From the NCBI RefSeq assembly GCF_006345805.1, contig NC_043009.1, positions 34,968,001 to 35,032,000 on the forward strand: 64,000 nucleotides of DNA, written 5' to 3'. The stretch comes from Octopus sinensis. Its lineage: Eukaryota. Under the pieces are notes generated by a model. That model searched no databases. It was not told where the DNA came from and worked only from the letters and a program-made list of their open reading frames with translations. Positions 15,177-26,511 of the stretch are shown piece after piece (position 1 is the first letter of the stretch; every line of letters begins with the position of its first letter). A program made the position numbers and the translations under genes.

Positions 15177-15359
15177 TCAGGTCTGCTCCCCAACTGTGCC
15201 GCTGTTGATGTTATAAACAAGCCAGTAGCATACACAAAATCCTGCAAAGGCACATGGGAAGAGGAATCTGGAGATGATATCAATACGTCGAGCTTTTCGG
15301 AATCCTTTGGTGTAGAGTAGTGGTCGTGCATTCGGGTTTCTCTTGATTACGTCGTTGCG
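15177..15359 (-). CDS. Terminal exon (TM4 and stop) of the channel
   Basis: tttcttttttcAG|CGC AAC...ACC TGA gives RNDVIKRNPNARPLLYTKGFRKARRIDIISRFLFPCAFAGFCVCYWLVYNINSGTVGEQT*. The ID..SR.LFP..F...YW motif is typical of TM4. Phase 0 matches the upstream exon. Confidence 0.95.
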   Translation of the reverse strand, partial: RNDVIKRNPNARPLLYTKGFRKARRIDIISRFLFPCAFAGFCVCYWLVYNINSGTVGEQT

Positions 15360-15974
15360 CTGAAAAAAGAAATATACATGTATATAGATGTAAGTTTGCA
15401 TTTGTGTGTGCATGTATAACCATATGTGTATGTGTGTATATATATATATATATGTATATATAAACACACACACACATATGGTTATTAATGCACACACAAA
15501 TGCAAACTTATGGAAATATGGAAGAGAGGTTAATTGAAAGATATATAGAAATTATATACATATATATTTCTGTTTGTCAGTCCATTAGCTTCTATTCCAT
15601 ATTTTAATAAGTTTGCGTTTATGTGTGTGTGTATGTGTGTGTTTGTGTGTGTGTGTGTGTGTGTGAATGAACATATATGCACACGCACACGAACACCAAT
15701 CCTCCCACTTAACGATACAATCTTTCAGGTATACTATCTTTGAGAATCACAAGCATACAGAATTATAAACATAGTTTACACGAAGTTAAAGAAATCGTGC
15801 TATACTTCATTACAAAACACTAGAATTTAAAAAAAACTAGTATTAATTTAATAAGATATATATGAGAATACTTTGCATGTTTTCCATATAATTTCTCAAT
15901 TTCAAATTTCTAATACTGCTTTGAAGTATAGAAAACTGATCATCTCCCCAGTGATAGCTACATAATGCTTTCAA

Positions 15975-16150
15975 ATTTTGACACAAGGCCAGCAATATCA
16001 GGGGGGAAGGGGTAAGCTGATTTTATTGACCCCCCCGTGCTCAACTTATCGACCTCGAAAGGATGAAAGTCAAAGTCAACCTTGGTGAATTTGAACTCAG
16101 AACGTAAAGACGTACCAAATGTCGCTAAGCATTTTGACCGGCTTGCTAAC
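15975..16150 (-). mobile_element. tRNA-SINE family B, partial
   Basis: tcgacctcgaaaggatgaaagtcaaagtcaacc...aatttgaactcagaacg is the reverse complement of the family B core. Confidence 0.75.
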
Positions 16151-16454
16151 GATCGACTAGTTTCGATAGCTGCCGTCTTTTCAATTTTGTTTCCCCAAAA
16201 TACAGCTCAACGGAAAGATGTAGCTACTTCGAGAATTAAGGCTTTCTATTTCTCTTCTTTTGAGGGTTAAAATGATTGAAAGAAGACAACTCGAGCATCG
16301 GCTGTAAATAATGCTTTTAACCTAAAATTACAGACTTGCATATCATAGTTTTCACTTATATGCAGAAGATCTCTTGAAATTAATTTTAAAAAATATTCAA
16401 TTTAGAAAACAGAATAATAGCTTGAGTGAATCAAATGCAACTTTAAGGCCGTGA

Positions 16455-17700
16455 TCTGGCAGAATCGTCGCGCGCTTCCGGTGTTTTTCAAGGTGTACGT
16501 GAGTAATTTTTTATGGTATTTTCAGTGTTAACATCGTTTATTTTGTTTCAGTGTTTTAAGCACTTCGATTAATAGTTTCTGTGCTGCTTAGCAGCAATTT
16601 TTTTGTGCTTCCTCTCCTTATAGAGGAGGGTTGGCTTAGTGAAATAGATGTCTGAAGAAGACTTCAGCTTTTCAGATACGTCGTCTTCAGAAGAAAAATT
16701 TTTGAAAACGGTCAAGAGAATGGACCAAAAATTAAATGAAGAAAAGAGAAACTTTGCGGGCGTGGCAAAGTGCTAGGAAAATGAAATTAATATTGGGGAA
16801 TTTGAAAATTACAAAAATTTAAAGAAAGAACAATTTTGTACAAAACATTCCATAATTAAAGGAAACTTTAATTGACGTCATGACCACGGGTCAAATAGAG
16901 ATAGCGTTAAGACCAATATGGCATGAAATTGTGTGCCTTGCGAGAGGTATTATGTTCGGAGTAGTGGAGGTGAGATTCAAGGACGGGGAAACAGTGAAAA
17001 AGCACGCAGCGACTACCATTAAGAGTGAGGAAGTGGTGCTTTTGCCCACTTTGTGTGGACAACGTGTGACCAGAGGGTGGAGGGAATTCCGCCAGAGATA
17101 GATGTGGCCCGGATAGCAGCCGCTGTCCTTCTGGGAAATGAGGACAGTATAGCGGTTCTCCAGGCCACAAAAACGCAAAGTGTTTTGTGGAAGGGGAAGA
17201 TACTGGACATGGTTATTCAGGGTTCAACCGAAACCCTAGAAAACATCTACAGAAACAATAATTATGGACGACGTGATAATGAGGGTCGGGATAGAGGGTA
17301 GAATTCCTCGATGCTCTAAATGTGACCTGAAGAGCTACATCAGAACGGACTGTCCTTCACCGACCGAAAAGACGGAGGAAATACAAGAAGAAGAGCCCCA
17401 GAAAGAGCAAGAAAATAAGGAGGAAGAAAAAATATTAGCAGAAGTAGAGGAGAAAGAAACAGACAACGAATGGGAAACAATAGGAAAAAGGAACAAGAGA
17501 AAAAGAAAAAGATTAAGCCCCATAACTACCCAACTCTCACCCATACATTCTTCGATCCACCCTCTCTCTACAGACACCAAACCTGCCCATCCCCCTCTGA
17601 CAGAAAAATGTACAGAAAAGAACTCCCAAACTACACCTCCCCAGACAAAAAAGAAAAAAGGTGCCACGCAATCATGTATGATGATTCAAACTGTGTAAAG
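16455..17700 (+). mobile_element. 5' end (ORF1, frameshifted) of a probable L1/Tx1-clade LINE
   Basis: Three overlapping frames from ATG near 16649 (MSEEDFSFSD...). Contains the degenerate zinc knuckle CSKCDLKSYIRTDC (C-x2-C-x4-[H>Y]-x4-C), followed by a Glu/Lys-rich segment and KRNKRKRKR. Confidence 0.6.
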
Positions 17701-19745
17701 AAGTATTATCTTGGGGAGACTTTAAAACAGCTGGAACAACTAGTTTTGATAACATAAAGGGATGGCACTGTTGCGCGTTGTGCTGGGATGAACATAAAGA
17801 AAAAATGACAAGATTTAAAAGCGGATATAGGTGTTGGGAGGTGCTTTGGGATACGCAGAGTACAATCCCTTCCCGGTTTGGATGTTTTTTGTAGAGTCCT
17901 TTCTGTTGCAAGCATTTGAGCAAGGTCCCCTGGTCTTTCTATACCTCTCTGAGGTGCCACTGGAAGTGTGTCTTCCTCCCTGACTGAAAGAACAAAACAT
18001 TTACAACGCATATCACATCAAACAACTTCCAGTCAATATAAATAACATGATTCACACGATACGCAGTCTACCGACACACATTATTAAACTACCTTGGCAC
18101 ATATTTCACACATTCTGCACAGCAACTACTAAAAGTTAAATACCGAAAGTCAAACTGATGTTTTATACGAAGCCATTCTACACCCAGAGATGTCAATTCT
18201 GCACACACTTCAGTAACAAGAATATGCAAATGGTATGCACCAGAAAATGCGCACGTGACTTTGAAAAACAACTAATAATTATTATTTCCTATATGAGCCA
18301 ATGTAGCATGTAGCAATAATGTTCATTGGGTAGAACAACCAGCTTCAGCGGCTATCGTTTGTTCGTACTGCAACACAACACATTCTTTATTTTCATGAAC
18401 ATACAAGTAAACTATTACTGAAAACTGCATAGATCTACTTAGAACTGGTTAAGACTTGTTCGTTGTCGCTCTCAAAAAGTGTAGAGGTGTCCTTTGCCAA
18501 CCAAGTTTGCAAAATGGCTTTCAGACTCATTCGTGCCTCTGTGGTGTTGCCTCAGTGCGAACAAATGATATTTCGTGTTTCATGTCCTATAAATAATTAA
18601 GATCCATTTTCACCGCTAGTACAAGCTATTCGATCGCCCTTTTTTTCATTTTGGTCGCTTCATTTAATTGATTTCGTAGATATTTATCTATCTTAGTTTT
18701 CGATTTCTACATGTTTACTTAAAACTAAAAATTTCTGCTTTAGTAAAGCATACTGGGGATGATGACGTTGATGATGTTGTTTGTGGTGGTGAGGATTACT
18801 ATGGCAGGGATGATTTGTGATGGCGAAGATAATATGACAGTAAAGAAATGCCTGCCAGCTATAAGTGAAAAGCTATAAGCACAGGTTCTCAAGTGTTAGA
18901 AGCTTTCACGCAGGTAAAAACTAATTATAAAAATGTTTCCAATATCTGTTTACTCCTGAATGAGTGAACCAAAAACGAAAGAAAAGTGCTGAAAATTGGA
19001 TACAAGAGCAAATAAATAATAAATAAATGAGGAAGACTATTTTAAAAGACGAAGCAATATTTTAAACTGAATTAATGCTGCAAAGTAAAATAGAAGAAAA
19101 AAAGTGTTGTAGAAATGACAGCTCGTATATATAGGAAGAGGCCAAATAAAGTCTTGAAATACAGAGAAATGCCAATAAATATTTGAATATGAATGCAGAA
19201 GAGAAAACATTTTACGAAGAGAATTTCTTACTAGAAAGTAAAACATTTGCCTAGAATATCTCCAAAATGTGTACAGAGATTAATGTTAGATAAATAAAAA
19301 TAATGTTAGTCAATATCACAGTATAATTATCTTCAATTAACTTTTAATGACTTCTTTAATAACTTAACACTAATTGAACTATTTAGTTTCATGTCAATAT
19401 AATCTCTAAATTATCTATTTTCGATATAAATGATGCAATAACATATAGTTTTATACATTTAACGATTAGTCCTTCACTACTCACGGCAAATACGTCAGTT
19501 TAAGGCTTCGCTGGTGAGTCTAGAATAAGACCAGCATACATCCAGACTTGTCTATACTGGTAGTCACGAAAATGTTGTTTCTTCTTCACCACATTATTTC
19601 TTGTTATATTTATCATGGGTACTTGTATTAAATATGTTAATACTACCTGTCTGTCTGTCTGTCTTCCTGTTTCTTGTCGCATTACTTAATTATAGTTAAA
19701 TAACGTCTCAATGTTCTGCTTTTGCATTATGTTAGCATCAACTAA

Positions 19746-19955
19746 GACGGCGAGCTGGCAGAATTGGTAGCATGCGGGACGAAATGCTTAGCGATATTTT
19801 GCCCGTCGCTCCGTTCTGAGTTCAAATTCCGCCGAGGACGACTTTGTCTTTTATCCTTTCGGGGCGAATAAAATAAGTATTAGCTGAACACTGGGGTCGA
19901 TGTAATCGACTCATCCCTCCCACCAAAACTGCTGCCCTTTCGGCAAAATTTTAAA
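19746..19955 (+). mobile_element. tRNA-SINE family B
   Basis: gacggcgagctggcagaa...ctgagttcaaattccgccgagg...atcctttcgggg. Confidence 0.85.
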
Positions 19956-20923
19956 CCATTATATTTATATTACTGCCTATATATATCATAATTATTTCAA
20001 GTTAGCATTTTTATGTCCACTGTGTTCATTCTGTTGTCATAAACCTGTATAAGCCACCCTTAACTTTAAAGTATAATCACTAACTATAATATTGAGAAGT
20101 ATATTTAATAGGCCAATCTACGCCACTGTGTCTCAATAGGTAACACTAGCAAACGGCTATCTTAAACTAAAACATATCACAAAGACATGCTCAAATCCGA
20201 GTCGATCATCCAAGAGTGTGCTTTATAAAACCAGTACGTAAACGCTTTATTAGCATAATGAAGGAAATAAACAGATAACAATGTAGTAAGTCTCAATAGC
20301 TGTACTGATGAAAGAAACAAGCTTAATATTTGTAATAAAATATAACTGATTAAAAAAACAGGAGTGTTTACAAAGATCTGAATTTCAAGCTTGGTTAGCA
20401 TGCTCTACTTGGTTTTTCTCAATTCGAAGGTCCCTCGAAAGGTCGGTCACATGATCAGTTAGAAATAGCAGGCAATACTCCCTCATACTGCCTTGGAAGG
20501 ACACTGAAGACATGCAAAGATACACTAAAATGTAGGATTATCACAAAGGGAACGCATTTGCTGATAGGTCCGGTCGATCATAGATGACCTAGAACAATAA
20601 TAGCAACCACTTATTCAACAAATAAACCCAGACTAAACTAAACTACATATTCTAAGAATTCTGCGCGAAACAAATATTCGAATAATCTATAACGATTTTA
20701 TGTTTAGACACTGCAGAAGCAGACAATTCTCTCATTGTAAAAACTTTGAAAAGTCTACAATAAAACACGTTTCTTTTTCGTGGCACGCAAACTTAATTTG
20801 GTTAATCTGTTCACCTGTAATCTTCTATGCTTTATTTAGTTTTGTAGATATTTATAATTAGGATATGATTAGTCATTGATAAGCAAAGTTTGAGTACATT
20901 GTAGAAGCAAGGGGAAAACACAC

Positions 20924-20977
<54 letters not shown>

Positions 20978-21072
20978 TACACACTGATATACAGATATAG
21001 AAAACATGCGCCACCATATATTCAAGAAAGTGTGTGTATGTATATGCATATGTGTATATACAATATGATTAT

Positions 21073-21113
<41 letters not shown>

Positions 21114-21169
21114 AATATATAGATATATATATATATATATATAATATATATATATATTTATTATATAGA

Positions 21170-21226
21170 AGGAGCTTCTACAGGACTATTACTGTTTCAT
21201 TCAAGAGAAATCTTCAGGAAGCTCCT
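21170..21226 (-). ncRNA. Type I hammerhead ribozyme motif, sense to the channel pre-mRNA
   Basis: Minus strand: AGGAGCTTC CTGAAGA TTTC-TCTT-GAAT GAAA CAG-TAATAGTC-CTG TA GAAGCTCCT. 9-bp stem I, intact core, 4-bp stem III, GUA cleavage triplet. Stem II is weak (U.U plus 3 bp). Confidence 0.75.
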
Positions 21227-21324
21227 GGAAACTCAGGTTCGTCGCCATGGGCTCTTAGGAGCACAGTTCGATTTGTTTTTTGCTCTGCCTCTGTTCTTTT
21301 TTGTTTTTCCAACGGATTTCCTTT

Positions 21325-21413
21325 TTTTCTTCCTGAAGAGAAAGACACAATATGGTCCCATTATTCAATCGGATTTTGGTAATTTGTCCTTTCGAAACAC
21401 GTGTAGAATGAAA
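21325..21413 (+). ncRNA. Minimal type I hammerhead motif with palindromic helix III
   Basis: TTTTcTTC CTGAAGA GAAAG...CTTTC GAAA CACGTG TA GAAtGAAA. Core at 21333-21339 and 21394-21397, ACACGTGT palindrome, GUA triplet. Confidence 0.75.
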
Positions 21414-21472
21414 TACAACGATTTCTGGTCAATCTGCGTTCAGCTCCATTTCTTCAATTCACCAATAATGTT

Positions 21473-21516
<44 letters not shown>

Positions 21517-21959
21517 TATGTAATATATAATGTATATATATATGCGTTGCGTGTGTGTATGTGTATATATATGTGTATTTATATATATATGTAATATGTA
21601 ATAATATATATGTATATATAGATGTTATATATGTATATGTGTATATATGTATATATATGCATATATATGTATGTATATATATGCATATATATGTATGTAA
21701 TATAATGCGAATATATATATAGCATATATATGTATATGTACAAACATATATATATACATGTATATATATGTATATATGTATTTATATGTATATATATATA
21801 TGTATATATGTATATATGTATTTATATGTATATATGTATATACATATGTATATATATTATATATATATATGTATACGTATATATATGTATATGTATGTGT
21901 ATATATACATATATGTATATGTATACATATGTATATGTATGTGTATATATACATATATG

Positions 21960-21999
<40 letters not shown>

Positions 22000-22044
22000 A
22001 GTATATATGTATGTATATACATAAAGAAAAAAACTTACTTGTAA

Positions 22045-23088
22045 ATGGATGAGGGGCGTTCAATCAAATAATGAAATAAATAATATATATATGCATATAC
22101 AGACACACATTTGTACATACATACGTATATACGTATATAACTATGCATATATGTGTACAGTATGTCACGAAATTTAGGCAAGCATGAAGTACGAAAATAA
22201 CTTTGGGTACGCAAAAAGGGAGAGAAACAAATGGAAAACAAGACAACTAACAAAAAAAAACACCCCTTCATCGTTTGTCGGCTGTTCCTTTCCTCTTTAT
22301 TTCGAGCATTCAAAGGACAAGATAGACTTTGAAGGCAGTTGCTCAGCGAACCGAAATACAAAAAAAAATTTGAGAGCTGGTGAGAGTCAAAGTTGGTAAC
22401 AAAAACAGGACATGCAACAAACCAAACGAAACGAATACAAACAGGGAGAGCCGTTAGGCTCAGACGATATATAGTGGTAAAAAGGCGGCGAGCTGGCAGA
22501 AACGTTAGCACACCGGGCGAAATGCTTAGCGGTATTGCGTCTGTCGTTGCGTTCTGAGTTTAAATTCCGCCGAGGTCGACTTTGCCTTTCATCCTTTCGG
22601 GGTCGATAAATTAAGTACCAGTTACGCACTGGGGTCGATGTAATCGACTTAATCCATTTGTCTGTCCTTGTTTGTCCCCTCTATGTTTAGCCCCTTGTAG
22701 GCAATAAAGAAACAGATATATAGTGGTAAATGCTTGAAGAAGATTCTTTGATAAGGGAAAAGAGAAGATACAGATACGAATGCGTCTGAACTGTGCAACA
22801 GAGTGAAGGAAAAGAAAGATAAGGTGAGGAAATGAAGGATGGACGATGGCCATGTGTAAGCAATGAGAGTGAGTAAAGGAGGAAGATGGAGAGAGAGAGG
22901 GACAGAAGAGATAGAAAACGGTGAAGGGGATAAAACAGAATTAGATGAAGGATGAGAGAAGAACTTAAGGGAGATTGAGAGAGGGAAACAGTAAAGGCAA
23001 ATGTATTATTGTTTATATTAAGAAACTTATTTGGAAAATGATGCGTGGCGTTCAATTAAATATAATATAAATAATATAATATATATAT

Positions 23089-23132
<44 letters not shown>

Positions 23133-23465
23133 ATATATGCATATATAGGCACACATATGTACATACATACGTAAATACGAAATACGAAAGTAACGTTGGT
23201 TACGCAAAAAACGAGAGAAACAAATGGAAAACATGACAAGCAAAATAAAAATTGACACTTCATCAGTTGTCGGGTGTCTTTCTACTCAATACTTCGAGCA
23301 ATCAAATGGCAAGATAACACTTTGAAGACAGTTGCTCCCGCGAAGCGAAATATAAAAAAAGTGAGATTTGCGGAGGGTGAAAGTTGGTAACAAAAGCAGG
23401 ACATACAACAAACGAAACGAACAAAAACGAGGAGTGCCGTTCGGCTCAGACGAGGTAAAATGGCG
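22045..23465. repeat. Two diverged tandem copies (about 22045-22465 and 23040-23465) of a roughly 420-bp repeat unit
   Basis: Shared landmarks in both copies: ggcgttcaat.aaata, acgaaa.taac.ttgg.tacgcaaaaa, agagaaacaaatggaaaaca, ctttgaag.cagttgctc, aaagttggtaacaaaa, gccgtt.ggctcagacga. Confidence 0.8.
22484..22714 (+). mobile_element. Full-length tRNA-SINE family B (Meta-domain-like) with a 16-bp TSD
   Basis: TSD gatatatagtggtaaa at 22466-22481 and 22715-22730. A/B boxes, gcctttcatcctttcggggtcgataaattaagtacc domain, tail aataaagaaaca. Confidence 0.92.
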
Positions 23466-23551
23466 AACGCTTGAATATATATCTATATTTATATATATGT
23501 ATATATGTAAATATTAGTATTTATATATATGTATGTACAAATATATGTATA

Positions 23552-23595
<44 letters not shown>

Positions 23596-24057
23596 ATATA
23601 TATATATTATATATTATATATATGTGGGTTGTTGTGTGTGTGTGTGGGAGTGAGTATGAATAAGTATTGTTTGAAGTATTTAGCTATTTTATTTATTTAT
23701 AGTTGCCTAGACGTTTTTATGTGTATGTATAGGGATATATATATATAGGTGTGTGATTTAGTGTATGTAGTTAGATATGGTTATATATAATTAGTTATAT
23801 GTGTATGGGTGTGTTATATATAGTTTATTATTATATTATTATTATTTTTTTGTTTTGTTTTATATTTTATATTTTATATTTTATATTTAAGTGTTGATAG
23901 GTTTATTTTAGTTTATATATTGTTATATATTGATTATATATGGATTATATATAGGTTATATATGGATTATATATTTATATTTTTTTTCATTCATACTTTA
24001 ATTATTTTAAAATTATTATTTTTATATTTTAAAATATTGATATTTTAGATTGGAAGT

Positions 24058-24100
24058 CCACCTGAAGATTGTCGATCAAGACAAGAAACAATTGTAGTGG
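24058..24100 (+). ncRNA. Minimal type I hammerhead motif
   Basis: CCAC CTGAAGA TTGTC-GATCAA-GACAA GAAA CAATTG TA GTGG. 4-bp stem I, 5-bp stem II, ACAATTGT palindrome, GUA triplet. Confidence 0.75.
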
Positions 24101-24187
24101 CGGTTTTTTTGACTATTTATTAAAATTTTATGTATTGATTAAGTCTTTCCTTGTTTGTTTTGCAAAATAGTGGTTTTGTCTCTAATA

Positions 24188-24230
<43 letters not shown>

Positions 24231-24236
24231 CCGGCA

Positions 24237-24425
24237 TTCGCCATGATAGATCGCTAGCCACTAAACTTTTTTCTATTTTCTCTCCCTGTTTATTTCTGTT
24301 TTCCTTTCTGTCGAAGAGAGTAGGCTCGAAACGTAAAAGACTCTCTTACTTCCCGAGCGTTAAACTAATATCTGTTTGCTGTTTACACACCCGTTCTCGT
24401 CTTCGTTTTCTTTTTGTAAATTATC
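24237..24425 (-). repeat. Penelope pLTR-like repeat; HHR-like motif on the plus strand at 24304-24339
   Basis: Reverse complement of the 4692/33722 family. Motif CTTT CTGTCGA A GAGA-GTAG-GCTC GAAAC GTA AAAG. Confidence 0.7.
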
Positions 24426-24429
24426 ACCA

Positions 24430-24460
<31 letters not shown>

Positions 24461-24832
24461 TATTATATATATGTGTGTGTGTGTGTGTGTGTATGTATAT
24501 ACATATATATGTAAATATGTATATATATATATATGCATATATATGTATATATGTAAATATATATATGTGTACATTGTATATATGTTAAATATATATATGT
24601 ATATATATATGTGTGTATATACATGTATGTGTATATATACATGTATGTATATATATATATATACATATGTATATAAGAATATATATTGGTATATATATTT
24701 ATATATATATATATGTATATATGTATGATATAATTATATATATGTACAATATATGCGTGTATATATGTATTTATGTGTATGTGTGTGTACACACATATAT
24801 ACATATATTATATATACATATTTTATCTATAC

Positions 24833-24868
<36 letters not shown>

Positions 24869-24891
24869 GTATATAATATATATATATATAT

Positions 24892-24922
<31 letters not shown>

Positions 24923-24982
24923 ATATATAATGTATATATATATATGTGTGTGTGCGTATATATATATATACAATATTCTTAC

Positions 24983-25356
24983 CTCAATGCTATCAGAGAA
25001 TTCTGCAGCAGTTCGCATTGACATGAACTTCTTCAATTGGTGTCTGTCAAGGATGTTGACAAAAGCAAATTCCAGCAAGGCTGCGAAGACAAAGCATAGA
25101 CAAGCAGCCATCCAGACATCTATAGCTTTTATATACGATACCTTCGGTAGCGTAGTTATAGCTGATGTCTTTTGAGTTGTCATGGTTAACACTGTTAAGA
25201 TTCCGAGTGAGATACGTGCTGGTACAGCATCTACGTTCAGCCAAAACGAAACCCAAGAGATAACTACAATAAAAATACTTGGAATATAGATTTGAATCAT
25301 GTAGTAGCCGAGGTTCCTTTTCATAGTGAATTTCAGTTCGAGACACGAGAAATTTC
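24983..25356 (-). CDS. End of ECD plus TM1-TM3 exon (374 bp) of the channel
   Basis: tttcttttatAG|GA AAT TTC...ATT GAG|GTaag gives (G)[124 protein letters not shown]. The PAR motif indicates anion selectivity. Confidence 0.97.
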
Positions 25357-25831
25357 CTATAAAAGAAATGGCACATATAAATATATTAATATATTTACTT
25401 ATGTATATTTAGGCTGTAAAACGCGAGACATAAAATTCAATACTAAAAGTATAAAATCTATCTTATTATATTCTATGCCGCAAAGCTACATCGGTGACTC
25501 GAGGGCTTAGAGTTTCTAAGCAGATTATATACCAAACGTTGATAATTATCGGGCACGAAATTATAGGCCGCTGTGTAAATAAAGCTTCAAGGCTTTTATC
25601 TTTAACATTTTTACTTGTTTCAGTCATTAGATTGCGGACATGTTGGAGCACTTGAGGCATCCTAGTCGAACGAATCTGTCCCAGTATTTACTTTTATAAA
25701 ACCTGGAACTTAATCTGTTGGATAATTTTACCGAACTGCCAAGTTTTGGGAGTGTAAACACTCCATCTATGATTGTCAAGCGGTGGGGGAAAGCACACGC
25801 ACAAGGACACACACACACATGCACGTACACA

Positions 25832-25832
<1 letters not shown>

Positions 25833-25918
<86 letters not shown>

Positions 25919-26045
25919 ATCTATCTATCCATCTATCTATCTATCCATCTATCTATCTATCTATCTATATCTATCTATCTATCTATCTATCTGTCTGTCT
26001 GTCTGTCTGTCTGCCTGCCTGCCTGCCTGTCTGTCTGTCTGTCTG
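25833..26045. repeat. (TATC)n grading into (TGTC)n/(TGCC)n microsatellite
   Basis: Seen directly. Confidence 0.95.
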
Positions 26046-26458
26046 TACATGATAAGACTTCCAATCAGGTAAGATCAGAAGCCATGTGAGTCACTGCTTG
26101 GTACTGCATCAGGGTATTTATTATTATTGAGTGAGAGAGCAGTGCATGCCATCAAAGTGACACTGGGGTAAAATATACAAAGCCCAATATACAAAGCCCA
26201 ATATCATGACTACCCGTCTGATAAGGGTACACCAGGCACATGCATCACAACCATATGTGCGCGACATGGTGATCTCATATCAAGATAAACAGCACATGAC
26301 CTTGCAGGTGGGGCCCAGTTAGAATTTTCTTCAGGTTGAGTAGCCCATCCCGCTCAAAAGGTCCTGAATAAGGGTTGTTTAAGGATGTTGAAAGAAACAC
26401 CCATGTTTCCAGAGGTGAATTATTCAAACCCCAAAGAATCCCTCTCAACACATGACTA

Positions 26459-26460
<2 letters not shown>
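26045..26460 (+). mobile_element. Interspersed non-autonomous repeat, copy 1
   Basis: Matches the reverse complement of 29165-29561 and the partial copy at about 8345-8400 (gagtgagagagca.tgcatgccatcaaagtgacactggggtaaaat). Confidence 0.8.

Positions 26461-26511
<51 letters not shown>

Noticed and set aside
18040-18620. Possible piggyBac-like transposase relic on the minus strand
   Set aside because: Only faint motif resemblance (GKGHLY, CSTNKR) amid many stops; no TTAA or TIR identified.
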